A stretch of DNA of 64,000 nucleotides from NCBI RefSeq assembly GCF_009914755.1, contig NC_060935.1; one strand, written 5' to 3'. Shown here one piece after another: positions 12,689-25,604 of the stretch. Position 1 is the stretch's first letter. Every line of letters begins with the position of its first letter. A program made the translations under genes and the position numbers. The DNA is from the human T2T-CHM13v2.0 reference genome, Homo sapiens. The notes beneath the pieces were generated by a model. That model was not told the DNA's origin. It worked only from the letters and a program-made list of their open reading frames with translations, and did not search any database.

Positions 12689-14084
12689 GGACTGGCCCTT
12701 GTCCCTTCCCCCAAGTGGGGGCTGTTTTGATGACCTCCCAAGGTTACCACAATTCCATGAAGTATGATTTCACCTCTGGAAGACCCCCAAGATTTGAGAA
12801 GATCTTCTTGAAGAAGGCAGATTCCAGCAGGATATGGAGAAGCGGGGAGTAGCCTATGGGAGCCCCCTCTCCATTTTCACTCTCTATGACCCTTTCCCCT
12901 GCCATAGGCAGAAAGCCTGGCACTTCTTCACCATCCTCCAGGTTCTCCACACTCTGCTTCCTCAGCTGCACAGACAGCTTTTGCTCTGTAGCTGCAGGAG
13001 TAAGGTGAGAGGAACGCAGTAGCTCCCCGTCCCCTTCACCCCCTCCCCACCACCAACACACACACAGTCTAATTAAAGTCTGTGGTGCCACAGTTGAACT
13101 CTTCATGCTCAGAATCTCTGGCGAAGGGCAAGAGGCCCCCATTGGTTAAAGGAAGGGAGAATCAAAGGATATTTTTTTCAAGAGAGCAACAAAACAGAAG
13201 ATGTCACTTGTGCTACTTTTGATTTGGGAAAACTTTTTGTTTTTTTTTTTTTTTTTTTTTAGTTTTAAGAAACAACTACAAAATGAAGGAAGAGGCTGGT
13301 GGTTACTCATGGGCAAAGGACCACCAGGTCAGTGGAGGAAGGAGAATGTGAAAATAAGAAAGCAATCACGGCACAGGATGTGGGAGAGGAGGGGTTCAGT
13401 GGGCGGGGGATTTTACTCTTATTCTATCTCTAATGCTTGTTATTGTAAAATGTTCCACTCCTAAGGCTGGTGGGGGGCGGGGGCTGCTTCCATGAGCAGT
13501 AGTCCTGGAAGTCTTCCCAGCTTTCAGATTTGAACTGTGTAAGATGTGGACAGAGGACCATGATTCATTAACAGGTCACGAAAGTCCATGTACGCACACA
13601 TTGAGGCTCTCATTGATAGAGAATCTAATAGGTCTTGGAGGAAGATGACCAGGTGTCAGCCACACCCAACAGGACTCAGAACCTGAGGAGAAGCAAATTT
13701 GGGGTTGTTAGAGGAGGCATCTAGCCAGGCTCTTCTGGAGCCCCAAGATCTGTACCTCTAACCCCTGAGTCTTAGAAACACACAAATCTTTCCTGAGGGT
13801 TCCCTGCCTAGTCTCTTTAGGAAGAGTACACATAAATAAGGCAATCTTAGGTGGGCAAAGACTGGAGAGTGAGCATAGTGCTGTGGATGATGTTAGGACT
13901 GGTGAGAAGCTGATTACACTGGGTAATTCCCACTGGAGCTAGGTGTGCCTGTGAAAGAGCAAGTCCCAAGCTAGGCCCAAGGCTCAGCAATAAAGGAGAG
14001 AGTTCTCTGTGTTAGAAGGAGGCAGGAAAAGGGAAGAAGGAGAGGGATAATGAATGCCAACAAAGATGCAAGAAGGAGGAACCA

Positions 14085-14275
14085 ACACTTACTGAGTTTG
14101 ATATGTTCAACCCACATCACGGCCTCAGAATGCAATTTTTATTATTCCCATTTTAGAGACTAGGGAACTGAGATTCTAGCAAGCTAAGAATATTGATCTT
14201 GATTTATTTACTCTAGGTCAAATAGTAAGAGGTGGAACCAAGATCAGAACTGACGTCTCTCTAATGTCAAAGCTA
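14085..14275 (-). mobile_element. MIR SINE
   Basis: 'attattcccattttagagactagggaactgagattc...agtaagaggtggaaccaagat'. Confidence 0.65.
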
Positions 14276-14689
14276 GTATAAGTGGTGGTTCTTAGCAATT
14301 ACCCCACCACCCCCAAATTCATCCACAAATCTCCCAAATATGACTTAATTCCAATCATCTCATAATTTGGCCATTTTCTGGGCTTTGGGTAGAAATACAA
14401 AAGACTAGTCCACTGGCCACGTTGGGAGAATTCATTTTGGAAAGTGACAGCAATGTGAATGAGACCCAGGAGACGTGTTATCCATCCATCTCCCTATCCA
14501 GCTCCCGAATATCTATCCATGTGTCATTGACAAAGCCACCCCATCTCTGCCTCAGTCCCCATCCTGAGTTTCAGGAGGCCCACATAATATTTTCCAAGCT
14601 CCAGCTCTCTTCCTCTCTCTGTGTTGGGCTATAAAATGTTCTCTTCAATTATTTCCCTACTCCTCGCTTCAGAACAGCCAAACCAATAG

Positions 14690-15010
14690 CTCTGCTCTGT
14701 GGGTTATGTACCATGTGTCGCTGTGCTGTGAAATATTAAGCCTTCACAATAGGTCCGAAGTCAGCGACGCACAATCCTTTAATGGTTTAGCTCACTCGGG
14801 CTATTTGAAAGTGGCATAATATTGCTATTTTTAAATAAATGGGATCTGTATTAATGAGAGCCGACCTCTCTCAGCCATGCCGAGCTGCTCCCTGCCTTGA
14901 GCCTACATCGGGGATTCAGCATAACGGGGAGGGGGGAAACAGCTTTTCAAAATAGGATCCATGCAGCACTTTAAATAATGCTCACAGATGCTAATCAACT
15001 TGAGGGGAGG
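14690..15010. promoter_or_regulatory. Candidate conserved non-coding enhancer
   Basis: Repeat-free, CpG-retaining; MEF2 site ctatttttaa 14825-14834, two Sox-like cacaat, several TAAT. Confidence 0.45.
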
Positions 15011-15107
15011 GGTTGGGGTAGGATGATTATCTGAGACTATAATAGATTTATTTTCAAAGAAGACTTAGAATCTTGATATCGAGAAGCACGGATGGGGAAG
15101 AGGGAGG

Positions 15108-15144
15108 GTGTGTGTGCATGTGTGTGTGTGTGTGTGTGTGTGTG
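15108..15144. repeat. (TG)n microsatellite, interrupted
   Basis: Direct reading. Confidence 0.95.
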
Positions 15145-15950
15145 CAGGGGGAGGCATAGGCCAGTGTGGGGAGGCTTCAGAGAGAGGGACACGCTGAGAA
15201 GATAAGAATCACTGTGCTTTGGGAGATTTGTGAGAGAAGCCCAGGAATGGGGGGAGCAGGAAGCTATCTTGGCTGGCTCTGGGGACAGTGGTGACCCAAG
15301 AAAGATCCTCCTGCATAGGAGTGCAGCTGGCTCTGGGGCCACAGTTGGAAGGCTCTGAAACTCTGGATTTCTGTCCCCAAGTGAAGAATGGCAGGAACAA
15401 TGAGGGAGCTCTTCCAGGCTCTGACCCCATGATCTGGCAGGCTCACACCTCATTGCCAGGCAACAGGTACAAAGTAATAAATCAGACTGAGAGAATGTCA
15501 CTCAGTGGGGCCCCTCTGCCTCTTGAGTCACACATAGTATTTGGAGATGTTGGGGCTGTAACCGAGGCCCAAGCATCCTGGCCTCAGAGTCTATGTTTCT
15601 ATGATTGCTGAGTCTCCCACCCCTTGACCCCTGGGAGACCCTGATCAAATCACCTCTTCCTCAGTTGCGAGCTGGAGCTATAGCTGCTGGGCATATCCAG
15701 ATGGAGCAAGAGGAACTCAGAAGTAGGAAGTGGAATAAGTAAAAGAGGACTTGAGAAAAAGGCTGATGAGAGAAGAGGCATGTGCCTCTTCTGAAGAATC
15801 TAGCTGGGAGGATTTATAAGAACCTGCAAGCCAGTTTCTTCACCACCTGGAGTGCCTGGGACTTCAAGTTAAAAACAACAGCCCCATTACCTCCTCCAGA
15901 AGGAGATTTCTTTTCCTCTTTCCTTTTAGAGAGCCAACATTCTGCTTTTA

Positions 15951-16017
15951 AAAAACATATGAAAAGGGAAAAAATTAAAATAAATTAAAATAAATTAAAA
16001 AATAAAAACATATGAAA
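15951..16017 (+). mobile_element. Orphan poly(A)-like retro-insertion with 14-bp TSD
   Basis: aaaaacatatgaaa at 15951-15964 and 16004-16017 flank a 39-bp A-rich insert; tttt/aaaa endonuclease-type site upstream. Confidence 0.7.
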
Positions 16018-16048
16018 GTCAGAAAAGTCATTCCTTCTTTATTCCTTC

Positions 16049-16600
16049 TGTATTAGTTATCTATTGCTGTGTAACAAATTACCCCAAAACTTCCTGGCTT
16101 AAAGCAACAAATGTTTATTATCTGACCATTTCTATGGGTCAGGGATCCAGACACACCTTAGCTGGGTACTCCCTCCTCAAGATCTCTCAAAATGCTCCAG
16201 TTACAGTATTGACTGGGGCTGCTGTCTCATCTCAAGGCTCAACTGGGGAAGGATCCACTGCCAAATTCACTCACATGGTTTTTAGCAAGAGTCAGTTCAT
16301 TGTGGGCTGTTGAACTGAGGACCTCAGTGTTTTGCTGGCTGTTGGTAGGAGTCCTCCCTAGCTAGATTCCTTACTACATGGGCTCTTCCATGGAGCAGTT
16401 CAAAACAGACCAGCTGTCTTTCCTCAGAGTCACCATCTATTGGTAACCTAATCTCAGAGGTGACATCCCATCACTTTTGTCATACTCTTGTTAGAAAGAA
16501 GTCAGTAGGCCCAGCCTGAAGTCAAGGGGAGGCACTTGCACAAGTGTGTGAGTATCTGGGAGCAAGGATTATTGAAAACCATCTTAGAGGCTCCTATTGT
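16049..16600 (-). mobile_element. MLT1 (E/F-type) solo LTR
   Basis: tgtattagttatctattgctgtgtaacaaattaccccaaaact...ggctcaactggggaaggatccac...ccatcttagag. Confidence 0.88.
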
Positions 16601-17097
16601 ACCTATTTTTTCTTCAACAATAATTTCCAGAGAATAGGACACAGTAAATCCCCCAAGGGCAGGGACTGGGTTTTCATCACCACTGAACCCCCGGCACTTA
16701 GCATGGAGCACAGAGAAGGGACCTCAGGCCCTGTCCAGCATGCCTTCTCCCAGAGACTCCCTTCTTTCCTAAAGAGAAACAATTTTCTGGATAAGACACA
16801 GCCTTATAGAGCCTGATGGTGGGAAGGGTATTTTCACCTCAATGGGATTTGTGGTCTGAGGTCCATGTCATTCCTAAGCTGGGTGTGGAGCCATGCCTGA
16901 CTCTACTTATTCATTCCCTTTCATTACTTGCACTCTTCCTCCACCACCTCCCAATAGCTTCTAGGTGAAAGAGAAAGAATGTGATATGCCGGGAGATATC
17001 ACAAGGCATGGCAATGAATATCAAGGAAGGTTGGAAGGCCAGGATAGAAAGAGACAAACTTCTCCCACCTCTGGCTGCTACCACACTTAAAATAATA

Positions 17098-17335
17098 TAA
17101 AACATTCATTAAACATCTACCCTGCACCAGATACTTTCTCACATTAGTTCACTTAATCCTCACCACAAGTTTTGAAGGTAAACATTTAATCCACTTTCTA
17201 TAGTTTTGAAAACTGAAATTCAGAGGTGAAGTGACGTGCTCAAGTTCGCACAGCTGGTAAGTAACGGAACTGGAATAACGGAACTGGAATTCAAGCCCAT
17301 GCCTTCTAATAACCCTTGGTGCTCTTTCCATGTTA
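17098..17335 (-). mobile_element. MIR SINE with internal 14-bp tandem duplication
   Basis: cacttaatcctcac...gaaaactgaaattcagaggtgaagtgac...cacagctggtaagt; (taacggaactggaa)x2 at 17262-17289. Confidence 0.85.
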
Positions 17336-17413
17336 ACAGATTGAAGATAATGGGGAGGAGGGAGTGACAGTCTACTCTACCCAAGAGTTAGCATTGCAAG
17401 GGTTATATTACTG

Positions 17414-17445
<32 letters not shown>
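17414..17445. repeat. (GTT)n microsatellite
   Basis: About 10 units, direct reading. Confidence 0.95.
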
Positions 17446-17446
<1 letters not shown>

Positions 17447-19543
17447 AACAATGGTTGTAAATTGTACAGCTGGGGAAGGTATAGTTAAACATTTCCATCA
17501 CCGATGACAAAGACAAGTTGGTAAAGGTTAGAAGAGTGCCATTCTCATTACCATAGAGCCACATTGGCTGATCTCCCTCCTTGAACAAAGACTTGGTTGT
17601 GCACAACCTTTTGACTGAGTCCCAAAGCCACAAGAAAGATTTACACACAGTGAAGAGTTCCAAGGATGACATGAGCAAAGGCAGCCCTCTTTACTGCATG
17701 GAGGGTAGACAGAGTTTCTCAAGATAACTATGGGAAGCAGGGATACATCCTTTTGTATGTAAAAGTTCTGGCGAATTTGTGTTTAAAAATTGAATGTCAT
17801 TACCATAGAGCCTACTTCTAAGCTCAGGAGGCAGAACTCAGCTGAAAGAGGTCCCTGAATTCCTTCTAGAAAGGATTGAAATTGGAAGGAGGTTGGTGGG
17901 GATGGGAAGGAGACAGTAAGGAGGAAAGGCCACCTTCTTTACCACCCTGCCACTGTTATATAGCCTCTTTTATGTGTGTGAGCATGCACATACACACACA
18001 TACACACGCACACCCTTACCCAAATCTGACAACATTCACTCTTTCGTCCATTCATTGTAGGGTGTTTCTACTCAAATATCAAGGGCTTTCTTAATACTTC
18101 TGCTTTTCCCCAAGACCTATCAATTCTGGTAGCCTACTGCTTTTAAACTTCTCCACCTAAACAAACTCTGGGTGGGTGTCTGCAGATGCTTGAAATGATC
18201 TCATCCTAGGACTTAAAGAGACCTCTAGTGGCTGTCACCTTATTCCTCTCCTTGCTTCCAGACTGGTTGCACCAAACTCAGCCCCAGCCAGTGTCAATCC
18301 ATCCTTTGCTACTATTGATATGGAGTCCCAGCATCCAGATGTGATTTTCTTGAATCTCACTGGCTGCAATAGAAATTCATATATGCTAAGGCAAGGAAGA
18401 AAAATACATTTTACTACAAGTAAATTGTAGTGATAAATACAATAAACAACTAGGAATCCTCTTTTAAAAAACTTGGCAAAATCAGAAGGCATACCAATTT
18501 AGAAAAAAATTTATTAAATGACTGCTAGATATTAGATGCACTGTGATTCTGTTACTCTTTTGTTTGTCTGTTCCAATTAATTTATCTCATTACCCACCCT
18601 CTCCTCCCCCACCAACATGGGAAAATATTGGGAGAGAACAGAGTTAAGGCTAGGAAATCCGGGTTCAGGTCCTAACTTGGCCGTTTTGTAACTTTCATCA
18701 ACTCAGCAATATCTGCATGCATAGAATGAAGAGGCTGAACTGCATGATGTCTAAGTCTTCACCCAGCTCTACGTTTCTATGAATCAGGTATATGCAATGC
18801 CATGCAAGCAGCTGAGATGCATTGCAATCATTGTGTTATGCCATTCCTTTCAGAAAGAAAGGGCTTGGCCTCCCCATCCAGGCTGCTGCCGCCACCGTGC
18901 ATTGTTCAGGGAATGCAGTAATGTTACAGTTGGCAGGTGCCTCTGCTTAACTCATAGCTCCCAGGAGCTGGCTGTCAGGGGAAAATTCAAAGTTACTGCC
19001 AGTCCCTTCTGAATTGCTAATATAGGATAGCTGTGGAGTCTCTACTGGAGGCCCCTATACTACTGACCCCCTCAGCCATGGACAGGGCCTGCTGCCATTT
19101 CACTGGTGCACCAGCCTCCCAAACCATGTGCTCCTTCATGGCTGCTAATGACATTCAACACACACAAAGAAATGGTGCCCTGACAAATGGAGTTCAGCCT
19201 CTCCAGTCTCCCAGGCTCAGAGCACTAGTCAAATCCATTTCAAAAACATCCTGCTTGCAAAGCAGCCTCAGACTACTTGGGCTAAAAGGCTTAGTGCTCT
19301 TGGCTTCTGGAGAGAGGTGCTCAGCCCCTGGCCCCTAAAGCAGTTTATGTGTTGACCCATCCATAGGTGCTACCATATCAGAGAGCATGAGGTGAATGGG
19401 CTGGGAAAGAGTGTTGGAGGCAAGAAAGGTGTGGAGGTTGGAGCAGTGTTCTTCTCACCATGTTTCTTGAACTGGTGAGGAAAGCGTCCCCCTCCATCAC
19501 TGGCAGTCCCTTGAATGGGTATGGTGTGTATAAGCTGGGGGAC

Positions 19544-20199
<656 letters not shown>

Positions 20200-20399
20200 G
20201 GGACCAAGGAGAAAATTTATATTTTTGTGTCATGGGAGACAATATAAAGTTCAGAATAATCATAATAAGGAGATCAGTATGGTAGGAAAAAACAATTCAT
20301 CATGGAAGTACATGATTTGTACTCACAAAATGGAGGCCCATAATGAACTCCCCACTCTGAGAGCTTTGATACCCTGTCTGTAGCACTCTGTTCTAGCCA

Positions 20400-20815
20400 T
20401 CCTGTCTCCCAGCTCTTTGCCTTTTCATGTGCGCTAGAATGCCCTCCTTTTTCTGTTTAAGTACTGTTGCCTCATTAGTGATGGAGGTAACTATTCAATA
20501 TATATTTGCCTATGAATCAACTTGTGGAGGGCTTGAAAACTTCCATGTACCTTCTCCCCTCAAGCAAAGTCAATCACCTCCTTTTGGTATCATCACTGTA
20601 TCCTTGCATGTCCTTATGGTATAACTTACACACTTTTGATTTTTGTTCATGGTTTGTCTTCCTGCTGGTCCATCCTGCATGGAGCACAGGGGCTGTGTGT
20701 TATTTTTTTTCCCTTCCACAGTACTTACCATAGTGCATAACATACAGAAGCACTGGAAACTATTTATGGAATAAGTAAATACATGAATGAATCAATAAGT
20801 GAATGAATGAATGAG
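20400..20815 (+). mobile_element. L2 3' end
   Basis: Ends in a (GAAT)n tail after 'cagtacttaccatagtgc...catacagaagcact'. Confidence 0.7.
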
Positions 20816-22144
20816 GAGTAAACATTTTGAACATTTTAATAGATTGCCATCTCTGGGCTATGGTCACAGTCCTGTGGGATATGGCAAAGATGCTTGGTAA
20901 CACTGTCTGTGATTCCAACCTTTTAACCCATGTCTTCTCCCATCATGTATAGTGGGGATCCTCTGGCATCCCTAGGAACAACTGCTCTCATTCTCAGCAG
21001 TAGGACAATCTGGTTGCCTGGCCCTGAGCAGTTATATGACATGCTAAACTCCCATAATCATCCATCAGGACTGATTATGAGAGCTAGAGGAAGAAATGTA
21101 TCCATTAAGCCAGTGCTGAGTCTCAGTAACTGCCCTATGTGAATAACCAATTGCCATTACCCAACATCAAATAACCCATCAAAATGAAGCATTTCCTCCC
21201 TCCCTGCCTCCCTCTCTTACCTCCACCCCCTGCCAGATTTAATAAGAGGGTTCATGACACTCCATCTCTTTATGCAATACACGAAAATATCAAAATCAGG
21301 TGTCTCTTGTCCACCGGACATTCCCAATCACATGATTGGTTATGGGTGAAAGCAGGCTGGGAGCCTGGATCCCTGACTCAGCAACCCGTGCCCCTGTGTT
21401 CACTATGCTGGAGGGGTTCCTCTTCAGTAAGTCTCTCACAACTCAAGAAAAATACCCACATAAGCCATTTCTCATAAACAAGAAAGAGACGAATGTTCAA
21501 GATGCCGCCTGATTTCCATAACCCTTTCTCCTCTTTTTTGAAACACTATGTAATCTCTCCCCTGCAATATAATAAATATTTCACTTTCAAATCCTGATTC
21601 ATTAAAGGAAGCCCAGGAGGGATAAATAATAAGGTGTCGCTTTACAGCCCAAATAAAACAGCAAAAGATATATTCTATAATTTATACTTCCGACTTTAGG
21701 TTGAGATAATTCATATATCATTTTCAGTTGGGGACCCAAAATGGTGCTGTGTCAGCAAATTGGCTGAAAAATAACTTTTTGCATTATTTTATGCCTTTCA
21801 GTAACGTGCCCTGGTTATCATACATCAACACTAGGTTGAGTTCTAGTGTCTCGGCGGCTCCTCCTAAGTCATTCCCTCTCCTAACCAGTGTGACTTTCTC
21901 TCCTTAATGCAGATGGAGCCCCTTGGTGGCATGCACATCCACATTCTCCCAGGCACAAAAGCAGAGCTCCAACTGGAATCAGCTTGACTGAAGCCATTTC
22001 TCTTGCCATTATTAGCACAACTTCAGTATTCTTCACCTTTAAGGATGAGAGAACTAAATTAACCTCAGCAGGAACCATGCTGTATGGCAATTTTCCAATA
22101 AAAAACAAACTTATATGTGTTTATATAGTACTTTATAGCCAGGG

Positions 22145-22340
22145 GTTTGGTGAGAAAAGCATAAGCTTTGGGATGAAGGACAAAAACATGTATTGAAATC
22201 CCAGCTCTTCCTCTTACCAGCTGGGTACTCTTGAGCAAGTTATTTAATCTCTCCAATCCTCAGTTTTCTCATCCATAATATGGGGATAATAATAATAATA
22301 ATGGCTAGCCAAACAGAATTTAGAGAGTTTCAACTGAGGT
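22145..22340 (+). mobile_element. MIR SINE
   Basis: tcccagctcttcctcttaccagct...gcaagttatttaatctctc...cctcagttttctcatc. Confidence 0.85.
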
Positions 22341-22354
22341 GAAAGTAATAAATC

Positions 22355-22610
22355 ATGATGAGCATTTACCATGAACTTACTATATGCATGCACGTGTGTG
22401 CACATCTACACACGAATGCCAGGTACTGTGCAAGCACTTTAGGTGGATCGGATTAGCTCATTAACATTCACCACAACCTCCATGAACTTGGCATTGTTGT
22501 GTTCCTTATTTTACACATGAATCTGCAGCTTGAGAAGTGAAACAATTTCTTTAAGATGGTCAGGTATTTAGAAAATAATACTTTGCTCAGTTTCTGTTTA
22601 CAAAGTATTT
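22355..22610 (-). mobile_element. MIR SINE
   Basis: ccaggtactgtgcaagcacttt...ctcattaacattcaccacaacc. Confidence 0.7.
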
Positions 22611-23299
22611 GATCCATATCAAAGAAAGACGGGAGAATTTTTCTGAGAGAACAGGTCCACCTGCCCATAGCACCATGATGCCTGGGCCTTGTGGCTTTCC
22701 TTACTCACTTCAAAAGCCCTTTGGTTCAGGTGTTGAGTGGGCCTGTGGAGTCTTTGACTCCTTCAGGTCAAAAGCTAAAGTAAACATCTGCCTTTCTCTG
22801 CCAATCACCCTGCTACTCAACATACCCCAGGTTACTCCATTTGTCCTGGAAGGTACCACTTGAGACCAATCTTCTGTCCCACCCAATGATCTTCACTAGA
22901 CATTAGACAAAGCTAGTCCTTCTCTGCCTGAAGAAAAAAGAAGAGGAGCCTCAGGAACACTCAAAACTGTGGGGTTCCAGCAGTGGTAGTGACATCAGGC
23001 AGACACATTATCCCTGCCAAAGGTCATTTGAGGGGCACTCATACGTCACCTAGGTTTACGTTTTCCTTTTCAACATCTGCAAAGTAATAGTGACCTGTGG
23101 GGTTAAAGTGACCTAGGCATATACAAGTTGGTATTAGCCCCTCAGTTAGTCCCTGAGCCTAGAACTCCTGGACTCACATTCTCTCCACTATACTGTGAAA
23201 CCTCTCCATCCCAGCCCTGAACAATTCTCTACAGCAGTCACCAACAGTCTTGGGAGTCAATGTGCAATAATAGCGATAGTAGTAGGAGTAATAATAACA

Positions 23300-23460
23300 A
23301 CAACAATAATAATAAAGGACATGGATTGAGAGTTTGCTATGTGTCAGACCCCATGTTTGATACGTATTAGTTTGTTTAATTCCTACAACAACCCTATGAG
23401 GAGATAACAACCCTATTATCCCCATTTTTACAGTTGAAAAAAATAAAGACTCAAAAAATA
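23300..23460 (-). mobile_element. MIR SINE part (resumes at ~24600-24680)
   Basis: tttaattcctacaacaaccctatgagg...attatccccattttacagttga. Confidence 0.8.
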
Positions 23461-23474
23461 ACTTTCCTATGTTA

Positions 23475-24015
23475 CATTGATGCACTGAAATATTATTTAG
23501 TAATACAAAGAAATGAGCTATCAAGCCATGAAAAGACACAGAAGAACTTTAAATGCATATTGCTAACTCAAAGAGGCCAATTTGAAAAGGCTACATACTG
23601 TGTAATTCCAACTATATGACGTTCTGGGAAAAGCAAAACTATGGAAACAGCAAAAAGATCAGTGGCTACCAGAAGTTAGTGGGGAGAGAGGGATGAATAA
23701 GCAGAGGAGTTTTAGTAGTGAAGCTGTTCTGTATGGCATTATAATGGTGGATACATACCATTATACATTTGCCCAAACCCATAAAATGTACAAATCCAAG
23801 AGTGAGCTTTAATGTAAACTATGGACTTCGGGTGATAATGATGCATCAGTGTAGGTTCATCAGTTATAACGATTGTACCATCCTGGCAGAGGATGTTGAT
23901 AGTGGGGAAGGCTGTGCATGTAGTGGGAGAAGGGGGTGTATAGGAACTCTCTGTACATTCCTCTAACTTTTACTATGAATCCAAAACTGCTCAAAAAAAA
24001 AGTCTATTCTAAAAG
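23475..24015 (+). mobile_element. L1MC-type 3' end, copy 1
   Basis: gagctatcaagccatgaaaagac...aacccataaaatgtac...aatgtaaactatggactt...aaaactgctcaaaaaaaaagtctatt. Confidence 0.9.
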
Positions 24016-24109
24016 TCTCCAGCAATGAAAGAGATGCAAAAAGTTAAATAACAACCTTGTAACCTGTTAAAAAGAAAGAAAGGGAAGGAGGGGAGAAAGA
24101 ACGGAAAGG

Positions 24110-24600
24110 AAAAGAAATAAGCTATCAAACCACAAAAAGACACAGAGGAAACTGAAACGCATATTCCTAAGTGAAAGAAGGTAGTCTGAAAAGACCACAT
24201 ACTGTGTGATTGCCATTGGGTGGGGACTGGGGAGAGGGAAGGATGAATAGATAGGGCACAGAGGATTTTGGGGGCATTGAAACTATTCTGTATGGTACTG
24301 TAATGGTGGATACAATACATGGCATTATATATCTGTCAAACCCCATAGAATGTACAACACAATGAATGAACCCTAATGTAAATTGTGGACTGTAGTTAAC
24401 AATAGTCTACCAATATCGGTTCATCAATTCTAACAAGTGTACCAAATGGCTCATGATGCTAAATTAGGGGAAACTGCCTGTGGTAAGGGGTAGGGATGTA
24501 TGGGAACTCGGTACTTTCTGCTCAATTTTTCTGTAAACTCAAACCGCCCTAAAAAAAGAGAAAGTGTATTATCTAAAAAGAAAGAAACAACAACAACAAA
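24110..24600 (+). mobile_element. L1MC/MD-type 3' end, copy 2
   Basis: gctatcaaaccacaaaaagac...aaccccatagaatgtacaac...ctgtaaactcaaaccgccctaaaaaa. Confidence 0.88.
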
Positions 24601-24689
24601 ATAATTTTCTAGAACCACCTGGCCAGTAAGTAGGCAGCCAAGTTTTAAACTAAGACTTTTCTGGCTGCAAAGCCCATGATAAGAGATTT

Positions 24690-24890
24690 CAAGTCAAAAG
24701 ACTCAACAATCTTTCATTTCAACTCTGTGTCTGAGTTCCAGTTTTCTCATTCCTAAAATGGGGACAAAAACAATTAATCCCTCTCTTGAGCGCCTTGCTC
24801 AGAAAATGCCAATAAAATGGTTTACTGTAAAGAATGGAAAAAATAATTGTAAACTGTAAAGTGCTGTGCACATTCAAGAAATCACCATCA
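24690..24890 (+). mobile_element. MIR SINE
   Basis: cagttttctcattcctaaaatgggga...aactgtaaagtgctgtgca. Confidence 0.65.
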
Positions 24891-25544
24891 TTGACCTGAA
24901 ATCCTGCCTACTGGTCCTTAAAAATAACATGGTTCTCTGAGAGCCTCTGCTGAGCTCACCTGGAAGGAGCTGTGTGGAGGGGGTCACAATGACCCTCCGT
25001 AGCCCAGGTCATTGGCCTCAACTGATTCAGGCTCAAAGAGGAAGGCTGAATCTCACTGGAGGTGCTGCAGTCTCCTGGCAGCCGAGGATGCAGAAGCTGT
25101 GGCTCCGCAAAGCTCTTAGAGCACAAAGAAGAGAAAGAGAGAGGGAGAGAAGAGCAGCGACAGCAACACCGGAACATTCATTTATCATAAGAGTGATTTC
25201 CCTGTTAATAAACTGACCTTGTGTAAACAGCTCAACTTCTCACAGCTCTCTCGTCATTAGGAGAGGGACACCCATTGATTGATCACGACCACATGGGCTG
25301 CTGAACTAGGGTGAACTGCTACTACCAAAAGAATTATATGTGACTGAGCCCAGCCCCTGAATCACAGAGAGGCAGGGCTGGAGGAGGGAGGTGCTTGGCA
25401 CCAGCTTCTCCGTGGGCAAAGCAGCAGACTTGGTTCTAGGCAGTAGTAGGTCAGAGATGGGACTCCCCTCAAGATCCCTGACCCAGAGGCAGGAGTGGCC
25501 TCCCAAGGCTTGCGGCATCCTCAGGCCATGCTCTGCCGGCCCTA

Positions 25545-25604
25545 GCCTAGGAAGTGCCTGTAAAGATGACTCTTGCCTAGGAAGTGCCTGTAAAGATGAC
25601 TCTT
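25545..25604. repeat. Perfect 30-bp tandem duplication
   Basis: (gcctaggaagtgcctgtaaagatgactctt)x2. Confidence 0.97.
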
